NCBI GenBank assembly: GCA_963695095.1
Contig: CAVOFT010000001.1
Location: 2,080,001 to 2,144,000, forward strand
Direction: 5' to 3'
Length of the DNA: 64,000 nt
Source of the DNA: an uncultured bacterium
Lineage (GTDB): Bacteria; Krumholzibacteriota; Krumholzibacteriia; JACNKJ01
Both the position numbers and the translations under genes were made by a program. The notes under the pieces are model-generated. The model was not told the DNA's origin, did not search any database, and saw nothing but the letters and a program-made list of their open reading frames with translations. This document shows positions 18,690 through 28,987 of the stretch, one piece after another; position 1 is the stretch's first letter; each line of letters begins with the position of its first letter.

Positions 18690-20233
18690 TCGCCACTCCC
18701 GCGTTGCGACGGACGCCGCGCCCCGACTGAGGCCTGCGCCCGGCCGTCCTTTTCCTTCTCGATCGCCGCCGTGCTCGAGCGTCCCGGCAACATGGCGCAG
18801 CGGTGGACGCGCCCGCCCCAGCTCTTCACCTCGGCGGCGCCGACGATGTCCGCCTCGGCGTACTCGCCGCCCTTGACCAGTACCTCCGGGCGCAGGGCCT
18901 GGATCAGCGCCAGCGGCGTGTCCTCGCCGAAGACGGTGACCGCGTCCACCGAGCGCAGGTGCGCCAGCAGCTGGGCGCGGTCGCTCTCGCCGTGAACGGG
19001 CCGGCCCGGGCCCTTGAGCCGCGCGACCGAGGCATCGCTGTTCAGGCCCACGATGAGCAGATCGCCCTGCGCGGCCGCCTCGGCCAGCAGCGCCCGGTGC
19101 CCCGCGTGGAGCAGGTCGAAGCAGCCGTTGGTGAAGACCAGCCGCTCGCCGCGCGCCCGCGCCTCGGCCGCCCAGGCCTCCGCTCCTGCGCGCGAGAGGA
19201 TCAACGCCTCGCCGACCGGCTCCGCGGCCCCGCGCAACTGCTCGTCCAGGATGGCGGCCACCAGCTCGGCCGGCGTCACCGCAGCCGTGCCGATCTCCCC
19301 GACGACGATGCCGGCCGCCTGATTCGCGAGCTGCGCGCCTTCGTCGAGGCTCGCCCCTGCGGCGAGGGCGAGGGCCAGGGTCGCCACCACGGTGTCCCCG
19401 GCGCCGGTGACGTCGAAGACCTGGCGCGAGGTGGCCGGGAAGCGCCGCGAGGGGCCGCCCCCCGTGAAGAGGGCGATGCCGCCTTCGCCGAGGGTGATCA
19501 TCAGGGCCTTCAGCGCGAGCCGCTCCATCAAGCCCTCGCCGACACGTTCGAGGTCGGCCTCGCTGCGGATGGGCAGGCCGAAGGAGCCGCCGGCCTCGGC
19601 CTTGTTCGGCGTCACGAGGTCGACGCCGCGGTAGGCGGCGAAGTGCCCCTCCTTGGGATCGACGATGACGGGAACGCCCCGCTCGCGCGCGGCGGCCACC
19701 ACGGCGGTGACCAGCGGATCGGCGAGCACGCCCTTGCCGTAGTCGGAAAGGAGCAGCGCCTTCGCCTCGGCGAGCAGGGCCAGCGCGCGCGCCGTCAGGG
19801 CGGCCAGCGCCTCGCCCGTGGCGGGGCGTCGCTCCTCGCTGTCCACCCGGCAGATCTGCTGGCCGGCGCCGAGGATGCGCGTCTTGACCGTGGTCGGCCG
19901 ACCCGGATCGACGACGAGGTCCTCGCCATCGATGCCGGCTTCGGCCAGGGCCCCTGCGAGTTCCTGGCCGGCCTCGTCCTCGCCGCGCAGCGCGAGCAGG
20001 CGCGGGCGGCCGCCGAGCGCCGCGATGTTCCGCGCCACATTGGCGGCGCCGCCCAGCCGCCGCTCTTGCGAGCGGATGACCACCACGGGCACCGGCGCTT
20101 CGGGGCTGATCCGCTCGACGCTGCCTTTCAGGTAGCGATCGAGCATCGCATCGCCGATGACGAGGACGCTCAGGCCCTGCATGGCGTCGATGCGCCGGCG
20201 GAGGCGATCCAGACTGGCAGGGGGCGATTCCAT
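18686..20233 (-). CDS. hldE: Bifunctional heptose 7-phosphate kinase / heptose 1-phosphate adenylyltransferase
   Basis: [23 protein letters not shown] and DVTGAGDT, followed by [14 protein letters not shown] and GLNSD. Confidence 0.95.
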   Translation of the reverse strand: MESPPASLDRLRRRIDAMQGLSVLVIGDAMLDRYLKGSVERISPEAPVPVVVIRSQERRLGGAANVARNIAALGGRPRLLALRGEDEAGQELAGALAEAGIDGEDLVVDPGRPTTVKTRILGAGQQICRVDSEERRPATGEALAALTARALALLAEAKALLLSDYGKGVLADPLVTAVVAAARERGVPVIVDPKEGHFAAYRGVDLVTPNKAEAGGSFGLPIRSEADLERVGEGLMERLALKALMITLGEGGIALFTGGGPSRRFPATSRQVFDVTGAGDTVVATLALALAAGASLDEGAQLANQAAGIVVGEIGTAAVTPAELVAAILDEQLRGAAEPVGEALILSRAGAEAWAAEARARGERLVFTNGCFDLLHAGHRALLAEAAAQGDLLIVGLNSDASVARLKGPGRPVHGESDRAQLLAHLRSVDAVTVFGEDTPLALIQALRPEVLVKGGEYAEADIVGAAEVKSWGGRVHRCAMLPGRSSTAAIEKEKDGRAQASVGARRPSQRGSGE

Positions 20234-20297
20234 GGGATCCTCGGCAGCTGGGCGAGAAAGGGCCGCGGCGGGCCGCTGGGCGCACCGGACTGCGCGC

Positions 20298-20327
20298 AAG
20301 CTATCACCGGCCCTTCCGAAGTGTCAA
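20298..20327 (-). promoter_or_regulatory. Putative sigma70 promoter for hldE-sucCD-ndk
   Basis: TTGACA-N18-TAGCTT with an extended -10 TG. Confidence 0.6.
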
Positions 20328-20426
20328 GAAAGGGGCTGGCGTGGCGCTCTGCGCCGTGCTTTCATGGCTCTGCAACGATGGCAGCGCGGCTGCCCCTTCC
20401 GCTCACTCCCACCCGCAGAGGCACCC

Positions 20427-20747
20427 ATGGCTGACGCTTCCGCCAAGTCCGGCACACCCGTCAAGCGCATCGACATCGATCTCGATGCCGCCACCGAGCA
20501 CTACGCCAACATCACCTTGATCAACCAGTCGAGCAACGAGTTCATCCTCGATTTCGCGCGGCTGATGCCCGGCCGGCCCAAGGCCTCGGTCAGCGCCCGC
20601 GTCATCATGGCGCCGGCCAACGTGAAGGCCCTGCTGCGCGGTCTGGCCCAGCACATCCAGCGCTACGAGGAATTGCACGGCGCCCTGCCGGAGCCCGCGA
20701 CGCAAGGGCCCCCCGTGGGCTTCGGCCCCGAGACGGGCCGCGCCTAG
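20427..20747 (+). CDS. DUF3467-like protein
   Basis: HYANITLINQSSNEFILDF...RVIMAP.NVK.L...L...I..YE..HG pattern. Confidence 0.8.
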   Translation: MADASAKSGTPVKRIDIDLDAATEHYANITLINQSSNEFILDFARLMPGRPKASVSARVIMAPANVKALLRGLAQHIQRYEELHGALPEPATQGPPVGFGPETGRA

Positions 20748-21685
20748 GCCGCCTCGCCGTCCGGACCCGCCGCAGCGCCCGACCCCGCAGGCCGCGGCAG
20801 GCCGTCCGCGCCGCGCGGCGCCCGCTTCCAGCGCCGGTGCAACCAGAACCAGTGCTCGGGATGCCGGCGGATCATCGCCTCCAGGCCCGCCGTGTGGGCG
20901 GCAGTGAGGCGCTCGACATTGACATCGTCGGCCGCGCCCGCGGGCCAGAGCGGCGCCTCGTAGATCACGCGGAAGCGGCGTCCCTGGCGCCGCAGGTAGG
21001 CCGGCACGAGCGGCGCGCCCGTGCGCAGGCTGAGGTAGGCCGCACCCGGGTGCGTGAGGCTCTCGCGCCCGAAGAAGGGCACGAGGATGCCGTGCCAGCG
21101 CGCCTCCTGGTCGCCTTGAACGCCCACGACATCGCCCGCGCGCAGGGCCTTCATCACCGCGCGCAGGCCCATGCCGCGGTGCTCGATGGAAAAGCCGAGC
21201 GAGCGGCGCAGGTCGTTCATCGCGGCGTCCACGGCGGGATTGGCGAGATCGCCCACCATCAGGTGCACGCGCAGGCCGAGAGCCTGCGTGGCCAGGGCCA
21301 GCAGCTCCCAGTTGCCGAAGTGGGAGGCGATGAAGAGCACGCCCCTGCCCGCCGCGCGCGCGGCGGCGAGCTGCTCCAGGCCCTCGTAGTCGACCCGCGC
21401 GAGCACGCGGCGGCGAGGGAAGGCAGGCAAGGCGAAAGTCTCGGCGTAGCTGCGCCCGAACTGGGCGTAGCAGTCGGCGGCGATGCGGCGCAGTTCAGCG
21501 TCGCTCTTCTCGTCGCCGAAGGCGAGGCGCAGGTTCTCCATCACGACGCGGCGACGGATGCCCAGGGCATGGGCCAGGCGGCCCAGCAGCGCGCCCTGGG
21601 CGCTGATCCAGCTCCAGGGAAAGAGGTTCCCCAGGGCGAGGCCGCCGCGAACCAGCGCGTATTCGATGCGGTGTTTGAGGTGCAT
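20744..21685 (-). CDS. Lipid A late acyltransferase (LpxL/HtrB-like)
   Basis: ENLRLAF, HFGNWE, DQ, VPFFG and PEHWFWLHRRWK. Confidence 0.9.
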   Translation of the reverse strand: MHLKHRIEYALVRGGLALGNLFPWSWISAQGALLGRLAHALGIRRRVVMENLRLAFGDEKSDAELRRIAADCYAQFGRSYAETFALPAFPRRRVLARVDYEGLEQLAAARAAGRGVLFIASHFGNWELLALATQALGLRVHLMVGDLANPAVDAAMNDLRRSLGFSIEHRGMGLRAVMKALRAGDVVGVQGDQEARWHGILVPFFGRESLTHPGAAYLSLRTGAPLVPAYLRRQGRRFRVIYEAPLWPAGAADDVNVERLTAAHTAGLEAMIRRHPEHWFWLHRRWKRAPRGADGLPRPAGSGAAAGPDGEAA

Positions 21686-21693
21686 GGCGCCGC

Positions 21694-21722
21694 AGTCTAG
21701 CCTGCGGCCTCGCCCCGCGCAA
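21694..21722 (-). promoter_or_regulatory. Possible sigma70 promoter giving a near-leaderless acyltransferase mRNA
   Basis: TTGCGC-N17-TAGACT ends 8 nt before the ATG at 21685; no SD visible. Confidence 0.45.
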
Positions 21723-22752
21723 CGGCGGCCATCCGGAAGCGACCGCCCGCCAGACGCTCGATCCAGCCCGCCTGCTCCCACCGCGCAAGGCAGTCGAGGG
21801 TCTCGGTGAGCAGCCAGCCCGTGCGCGCCGAGAGCCGCTCGGCGTCGAGGACGCCCTCTCGCGCGCAGCGCTCGGGTGTCCAGGGCTCCGGATCGCAGGG
21901 CGCGGCGGGGCCGGCGGCGCTCGCCTCGCCCCACAGACGCGGCAGGTCCTCCGGTCCGAGAATCAGGTGGCAACCCTCGGCCAGCAGACGATTGCTCCCG
22001 GCCGCGGACGGGTTGAGCGGATTCGCGGGCACGGCCCCCAGCTCGCGGCCCAGGGCCTGGCTCTCGCGCGCGGTGTGCAGGGCCCCGCTGGCCGCCCCCG
22101 CCTCGACCACGAGCAGCCCCACGCCGAGGGCGGCGATGAGGCGATTGCGGCGCGGAAAATGGAAGGGCAGGGGCGGCGTCCCCGGCGGGAATTCGCTGAG
22201 CAGTCCGCCCGCCGCCTCCAGGCTGGCGGCCAGGGGCTTCGCCTCCGGCGGATAGATCTGATCGAGGCCGCAGCCCAGCACGGCCCAGCTCGGCCCCAGC
22301 TCCAGGCTGCCGCGCTGAGCCGCCTGGTCGATGCCGCGGGCGAGCCCGCTGACGACGGGAAAGCCCGCCGCGGCGGCCGCCCGGCCCAGCCGCCGAGCCA
22401 TCTCCAGCCCCGCGCCGCTGGCTCGCCGACTGCCGACGATCGCCAGCATCGGCTCATCCGCTGCCGGCAGGCGACCGCGATAGAAGAGGACCGGCGGTGG
22501 CTCGCCGAGCTGCCTGAGGGCGGGCGGGTAGCCCGGCGCGTCCAGCGTCAGACAGCGGATGGCGAGCTGCCGGCAGCGCTCCGCCTGGCCGGCGAGGCTG
22601 GCCGGCGGCGGCAGCTCGCTCGCCCCGCCTTCGGTGCGCAGGGGCCCCAGCCAGGCGCGCAATGGCCCGCCGGCAGCGGCGAGCGCGGCCAGGCGCGCGG
22701 GGCGATAGAGCAGGCGATGGGCGAGCTCGAGCAGCTCCGGGTCCGGGTACAG
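21697..22752 (-). CDS. dprA: DNA-processing protein DprA/Smf; start probably the CTG at 22752
   Basis: YPPAL...PPPVLF.RG, AIVGSR, VSGLARGID, AVLGCG, SEFPPG, FPRRNR and VVEAG.ASG, plus a C-terminal winged helix. Confidence 0.93.
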   Translation of the reverse strand: MYPDPELLELAHRLLYRPARLAALAAAGGPLRAWLGPLRTEGGASELPPPASLAGQAERCRQLAIRCLTLDAPGYPPALRQLGEPPPVLFYRGRLPAADEPMLAIVGSRRASGAGLEMARRLGRAAAAAGFPVVSGLARGIDQAAQRGSLELGPSWAVLGCGLDQIYPPEAKPLAASLEAAGGLLSEFPPGTPPLPFHFPRRNRLIAALGVGLLVVEAGAASGALHTARESQALGRELGAVPANPLNPSAAGSNRLLAEGCHLILGPEDLPRLWGEASAAGPAAPCDPEPWTPERCAREGVLDAERLSARTGWLLTETLDCLARWEQAGWIERLAGGRFRMAAVARGEAAG

Positions 22753-22906
22753 GGCACACCTCCCGGCTTCCACCAGCAAGAATTGCCCCCCGATGTGGCT
22801 TCCATAACTAACTACAATACATGTGATTAAGGGATCCACCTGAAGGGGATTCGGCGATCTTGACAATGCCGTGGGCGGACGGGCCGATCGCCTGGCAAGC
22901 CTCTTG

Positions 22907-23829
22907 TCAGTCGGCGAGGATCGCCGCGAGCCCCGTCTCCAGATCGGGGTAGCGCCAGACGAAACCAGCCTCCTCCAGGCGCCGGGGCCGCACGGCGGCG
23001 CCCTCGAGGAGCAGGGCCTGGGCCATCTCGCCGAGCAGCAGCCGCAGCGCGAAGGCGGGCGCCGGCAGGAGGGCCGGCCGCTGCAGCGCCTGCCCCAGCG
23101 CGCGCGCGAAATCGGCCTGCCGGCAGGCGGCCGGAGCGACGAGATTGACCGGGCCGGCCAGCTCCTCCCGCTCGAGACAGAAGCGGATGGCGGCCAGCAG
23201 GTCCGCCAGGGCGATCCAGCTCAAGTACTGGCGACCGCTGCCCAGTGGCCCGCCCAGGCCGAGGCGATACAGCGGCAGGAGGCGCGCCAGGGCCCCGCCC
23301 TCCCGGCTGAGCACCGTGCCGATGCGCAGGTTCACCACGCGCAGGCCGGCCGCCTGCGCCGGCGCTGCGGCTGCCTCCCAGTCGCGGGCCAGCTCGGCGA
23401 GGAAGCCCTGGCCGGCTGGGCTGGACTCGTCCACCGGCGCTTCGCCGGCGTCGCCGTAGATGCCCACCGCCGAGGCGCAGAGGAAGGCGCGGGGCGGCCG
23501 CGGCGAGCGCGCCAAGCTCTCGGCCAGGAGACGGGTGCTCGCCAGCCGGCTCTCGCGCAGGGCGCGCTTGCGGGCGGGCGTCCAGCGGCCGGCGGCGATG
23601 CTCTCGCCGCCCAGGTGGATGAGGGCGTCCAGGCCGGACAGCGCCGCGGCATCGAGCTCGCCGCGCGCGGGATCCCAGGCGATCTCCTCCGCGCTGCGGA
23701 CGGGCCGCCTCACGAGACGCCGGATCCGCCAGCCCGCCTCGCCGAGCGCCGCCCTCAGGGCGCTGCCGATGAACCCGCCCGCGCCGGCGATGGCGACGCT
23801 ACGCGCCTGCGCGCTCGCCGCAGGCTCGC

Positions 23830-23833
<4 letters not shown>
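22907..23833 (-). CDS. TIGR01777/YfcH-family NAD-dependent epimerase-like protein
   Basis: IAGAGGFIG, GESIA.GRWT, SAVGIYG, GGPLGSG.QY.SWI and GPVN. Confidence 0.92.
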
Positions 23834-24860
<1,027 letters not shown>

Positions 24861-24861
24861 C

Positions 24862-26055
24862 TCAGGCTCCCTGGCCGATGAAGCGCTCCAGGCGGTCGAA
24901 GGCCGCGGCCAGCTCCGCGTCCGAGGCGGCGAAGGACAGGCGCGCCCAGGCCGGCATGCCGAAGGCATCGCCCGGCACGAGGGCCAGGCCCTCCGCATCC
25001 AGGAGCTGCGTGCAGAACTCGGCGCCGTCGGCCCAGCCGCGCGCCCGGCACACGGGCGTCGTGTCGAAGAACAGGTAGAAGGCGCCCTCGGGCTCGACGA
25101 AGGGCAGGCCGAGCTTGCGCATCCGCCCCAGGCAGTAGCCGAGCCGCGTCTCGAAGGCCGCGCACATGGGCGCCACGCTGGCCCGCCCCTCGCCGAGGGC
25201 CACGAGCGCCGCGCGCTGGCTGATCTGACTGGGGCTGGACAGGGCCTGGCTCTGGTAGCTGGCCAGCGCCGTGATCAGGCCCTTCTCGCCGATCGCGTAG
25301 CCCAGGCGCCAGCCCGTCATCGCGTAGCTCTTCGAGAAGCCCGACACCACCACCGTGCGCTCGGGCAGCCAGTCTTCGAGGTTGTAGAAGGACTGGTGCC
25401 GGCGGCCGCCGTAGACGAGATCCTCGTAGATCTCGTCGGCGATGATGATGAGATCGCGCTCCCTGGCCACGGCGGCCAGCTCCCGTAGCTCCGCCGCGCT
25501 GTAGACGGCGCCGGTCGGATTGGTCGGGTTGTTGAGCAGGAGCACCTTGGCGCGCGGCGTGATCGCCGCCTGCAGGCCCGCCGCGTCCAGCTTGTGGCCC
25601 TTGGCATAGTCCGTGGCCACGGCCACCGGCACCCCGGCGCGCATCTTCACCATCGCCTCGTAGCTCACCCAGAAGGGCACGGGGTAGAGCACCTCGTCTC
25701 CCGGTTCGAGCAGGATGCACAGGAGGTAGTAGAGCAGGGGCTTGGCGCCGCTGGACACGCAGACATTGTCGGCCGCCAGCGGCAGCCCCCAGCGCTCGCT
25801 GTAGAAGGCCGCGATCTTGGCCCGCAGCGCGGGCTCGCCGGCCGCGGCCGTGTAGCGCGTGGCTCCGGCGCGAATCGCCGCGATGCCGGCCTCGGCCACC
25901 ACCGCCGGGGTGGCGAAGTCCGGCTCGCCCGCCGTGAGCGAGATCACGTCCCTGCCCTCGCTCTTCAGGCGCGCCGCGAGGGCGGTGACGGCCAGGGTTT
26001 TGGACGGCTCCACCGCGCGTCCGATGCTGTTCAGCTTTGCCGAGAAGCGCTCCAC
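24862..26055 (-). CDS. Class I PLP-dependent (aspartate-type) aminotransferase
   Basis: GEPDF, NNPTNPTG, DEIY, SKSYAMTGWRLG and PEGAFY. Confidence 0.93.
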   Translation of the reverse strand: MERFSAKLNSIGRAVEPSKTLAVTALAARLKSEGRDVISLTAGEPDFATPAVVAEAGIAAIRAGATRYTAAAGEPALRAKIAAFYSERWGLPLAADNVCVSSGAKPLLYYLLCILLEPGDEVLYPVPFWVSYEAMVKMRAGVPVAVATDYAKGHKLDAAGLQAAITPRAKVLLLNNPTNPTGAVYSAAELRELAAVARERDLIIIADEIYEDLVYGGRRHQSFYNLEDWLPERTVVVSGFSKSYAMTGWRLGYAIGEKGLITALASYQSQALSSPSQISQRAALVALGEGRASVAPMCAAFETRLGYCLGRMRKLGLPFVEPEGAFYLFFDTTPVCRARGWADGAEFCTQLLDAEGLALVPGDAFGMPAWARLSFAASDAELAAAFDRLERFIGQGA

Positions 26056-26078
26056 GCTTCGCCTCCTTCACCTGGGCC

Positions 26079-26561
26079 CTAGGGCAGCTTCCCCAGTTTT
26101 CGCAGCTCGGCCAGCACGGGCGCCGGCACGAAGCAGTCCACGTTGCCGCCGTAGCGGAGGATCTCCTTGACCAGCGAGCTGCTCAGCGACAGATAGGGCT
26201 CGCTGGGCATCATGAAGATGGTCTCGAAGCTCGCGAGCAGCTTGCGATTGGTCAGCGCCATCACCAGCTCGGCCTCGAAGTCGCTGAAGGCCCGCACGCC
26301 CCTGAGCACGGCAGCGACCTGCAAGCGCTCCACCTGCTCGGTGAGCAGCGTATCGAAGCCGATCACCCGCAGGTGGGGCATGCCGGCGGTCATCGTCTCC
26401 ATCAGACGCAGTCGCTCCGGCAACGCCAGCAAGGTACGCTTTTCCCGGTTTTCCGCCACCGCGACGATCAGCTCATCGCAGAGGGGCAGGGCCCGCTGGA
26501 TGAGATCGAGATGGCCGCGGGTCGGCGGATCGAAGGTGCCCGGGTAGAGCCAGCGCTTCAT
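26079..26561 (-). CDS. coaD: Phosphopantetheine adenylyltransferase
   Basis: YPGTFDP.T.GH, RGVR..SDFE.E and SSSLVKE. Confidence 0.96.
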   Translation of the reverse strand: MKRWLYPGTFDPPTRGHLDLIQRALPLCDELIVAVAENREKRTLLALPERLRLMETMTAGMPHLRVIGFDTLLTEQVERLQVAAVLRGVRAFSDFEAELVMALTNRKLLASFETIFMMPSEPYLSLSSSLVKEILRYGGNVDCFVPAPVLAELRKLGKLP

Positions 26562-27163
26562 GGCCCCTCCTCACTATTGTCGCGCTGCGGCGTCCGCCGC
26601 AGCTGGGTGTCGCGCTGCGGCGCGGGCCGCAGCAGGGTGACGCGCGTGTCGCCGGCGCAAAGCACGCGCTCGACGACGAGCAGCGGCGGCAGCGGCAGCT
26701 CTCGATTCTCGCTCTCGAAGGCCAACCAGGCCGGCTGCCCCGAGCTCAGGGCGGCGATGGCCGCCAGCGCGGCGCCGCCCACCGGATCGCCGTAGGGCGG
26801 ATCGAGGAAGACGCCGTCGGGCCCCGGCTCGGGCCAGGCCTCGGCGATGAAACGGAGCACCTCCTGCCGCTGCCAGCTCACCGCCAGCTCCGGCGCCGCG
26901 GCGACGAGCGGGGCGAGATTGCGCTGGAGCACTGCCAGACTGGCCCGGGCGCGGTCCACGAAGAGGGCGCCGGCCGCGCCGCGGCTGAGCGCTTCGATGC
27001 CCAGGCTCCCCGTGCCGCAGAAGAGATCCAGCACGCGCGCGCCGGCCAGGCGCGGCTCGAGCACGGCGAAGAGCTGCTCGCGCAGGCGGTCGCTCGAGGG
27101 CCGCACGCCGGGCGGCGCCGGCCCCAGGCGCCGGCCGCGAAAGCGTCCAGCGATCACGCGCAT
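26558..27163 (-). CDS. rsmD: 16S rRNA m2G966 methyltransferase
   Basis: MRVIAGRFRGR, RPSSDR, LDLFCGTG, EALSRGA and DPPY. Confidence 0.95.
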   Translation of the reverse strand: MRVIAGRFRGRRLGPAPPGVRPSSDRLREQLFAVLEPRLAGARVLDLFCGTGSLGIEALSRGAAGALFVDRARASLAVLQRNLAPLVAAAPELAVSWQRQEVLRFIAEAWPEPGPDGVFLDPPYGDPVGGAALAAIAALSSGQPAWLAFESENRELPLPPLLVVERVLCAGDTRVTLLRPAPQRDTQLRRTPQRDNSEEGP

Positions 27164-27694
27164 GGGCCCTCCTTGCCGCGGGCGGCGGCGAGGATACGCC
27201 GGGCCAGCCCCTCGCGCAAGCGGCGGGGCGGCTCGGCGTCGTCCACGGCACCGAGGGGCAGGATGAGCTGGGCGAGCTCGCGGTAGAGCGGATCGCGCTG
27301 CTCCCAGCGCGCGCGGAGCGCGCCTTCGCCGGCCGCCGCCAGGGGCCGCCGGCCGGGTCGGGCCGCCAGGCGGCGCCGCGAGCAGTGACCAGTCCCAGTC
27401 GAGGTAGACGCAGAAGCCGGCCGCCAGCAGCGCGCGGTTGGCCTCGGTCTCCACGACGCCGCCGCCGGTGGCGAGGACGAGCTGGTCCTGGCCCGCGAGG
27501 GCGGCCAGGGCCGCCTGCTCCTCGCGGCGAAAGGCCGCCTCGCCGGCCCAGGCGAAGAGGGCGGGAATGCTGAGCCCGCTGCGGCGCTCGATCTCGGCAT
27601 CGAGGTCCAGGCAGGCGAGGCCGCCGAGCTCGGCGATCACGCCGGCGAGGCGGGTCTTGCCCGCGGCCATGAAACCGAGCAGATGGATGCGCAT
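27154..27694 (-). CDS. aroK: Shikimate kinase, with an apparent +1 frameshift near 27378
   Basis: GFMAAGKT, DLD, GE..FR..E and ATGGG; continues in the next frame as RPL...R.PLYRE. Confidence 0.9.
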
Positions 27695-27698
27695 GCGT

Positions 27699-28877
27699 CT
27701 AGCGCCCCGCCTGCTGCCGGCGATAGCGCCGCCAGGCGGCCTTGAGGTCGGCCATCGTGGCCGCGGGGAACTCGTCGAGCACGGCATCGGCCAGCACGAG
27801 CGCGACCATCGCCTCCATGACCACCCCCATCGCGGCCACGGCCGTGCAGTCGCTGCGCTCGCGCAGGGCCTTGACGGGCCGGTGGCTCGCGATGTCCACG
27901 CTGTCCAGCGGCTGCACGAGCGTCGCCAGCGGCTTCATCGCGCCGCGCAGGAGCAGCGGCTCGCCCGTCGTCATGCCGCCCTCGAGACCCCCCATCCGAT
28001 TGGAGCCGCGGCGGTAGTGCAGCGCCTCGCCCTTGCCGGCCGGCAGGATCGCGTCCATCGCGCGGCTGCCGCGCATGTGGGCGTTCTCGAAAGCGGGACC
28101 GATCTCCACGCCCTTGACCGCGGGGATGGACAGGATGGCCGCGCCCAGGCGCGCGTCGAGGCGCCGCTCCCAGTGCACGTAGTGGCCGAGGCCGGGCGGC
28201 AGGCCCAGGGCCACGACTTCGGCCAGACCGCCCAGGGTGTCGCCGTCCTGCCAGACGGCCTTGATCGTGCGCTGCATGCGGGCGTAGGCCTCCACGTCGG
28301 CGACGTGCAGATCGTTGGCGGCGGCGCCGGCGGCGAGCGCCGCGAGGTCCGTGTAGTCGATGCGCGCCTTGACGCCGCCGATGGCGAGCACATGGCTGAA
28401 GAGCGTCACCCCGAGTTCGGCCAGCAGCAGGCGGCAGACGCTGCCGGCGGCCACCCGCGCCGCCGTCTCGCGGGCGCTGGCGCGCTCGAGCACGTTGCGG
28501 ATATCGGCCGTGCCCGTCTTGAGCACGCCGGCCAGGTCGGCGTGGCCGGGGCGAGGCTGGGTCACGGGCTTGGGCGCCTTGCCCCCCCGCCTCGCCTCGG
28601 GATGCATGCTCGCTTCCCAGTTCGGGTAGTCGAGATTCTCGATCCAGAGCGCCAGCGGACTGCCCAGGGTGACACCCCGGCGCAGGCCGCCGGTGATGCG
28701 CACGCGGTCCTTTTCGATCTTCATGCGCCCGCCGCGGCCGTAGCCCTCCTGACGGCGGGCGAGTTGCTCGTCGATGCGGGCGGGGCTCACGCGCAGGCCC
28801 ATCGGCAGGCCCTCGAGCAGGGCCGTCAGGCCGGGGCCGTGGGATTCGCCGGCGGTGGTCAGCTGGAGATGGCGCAT
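27699..28877 (-). CDS. aroC: Chorismate synthase
   Basis: TAGESHG, RRQ.GYGRG.R, PRPGHAD, RASARET and GGLEGG. Confidence 0.97.
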   Translation of the reverse strand: MRHLQLTTAGESHGPGLTALLEGLPMGLRVSPARIDEQLARRQEGYGRGGRMKIEKDRVRITGGLRRGVTLGSPLALWIENLDYPNWEASMHPEARRGGKAPKPVTQPRPGHADLAGVLKTGTADIRNVLERASARETAARVAAGSVCRLLLAELGVTLFSHVLAIGGVKARIDYTDLAALAAGAAANDLHVADVEAYARMQRTIKAVWQDGDTLGGLAEVVALGLPPGLGHYVHWERRLDARLGAAILSIPAVKGVEIGPAFENAHMRGSRAMDAILPAGKGEALHYRRGSNRMGGLEGGMTTGEPLLLRGAMKPLATLVQPLDSVDIASHRPVKALRERSDCTAVAAMGVVMEAMVALVLADAVLDEFPAATMADLKAAWRRYRRQQAGR

Positions 28878-28905
28878 CGCAGTCCTCGGGCGGCGGTTGG
28901 CCGGG

Positions 28906-28934
28906 AGCCTAGCGCCTGGCCCCCGCGGGGTAAA
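28906..28934 (-). promoter_or_regulatory. Possible sigma70 promoter for the aroC operon
   Basis: TTTACC-N17-TAGGCT immediately after the pilQ terminator. Confidence 0.45.
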
Positions 28935-28970
28935 CAAAAACCCGGCCCCCGCGGCGCGGGGACCGGGTTC
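28933..28970 (-). terminator. Intrinsic terminator after pilQ
   Basis: GC-rich hairpin AACCCGGTCCCCGCG-C-CGCGGGGGCCGGGTT running into TTTTTGTTT. Confidence 0.85.
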
Positions 28971-28987
28971 GCCCGAGAACGGCGGCC

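Noticed and set aside
26558..27787. Apparent AroK-RsmD fusion ORF
   Set aside because: Frameshift artefact. The AroK C-terminus lies in another frame and ends at 27154.
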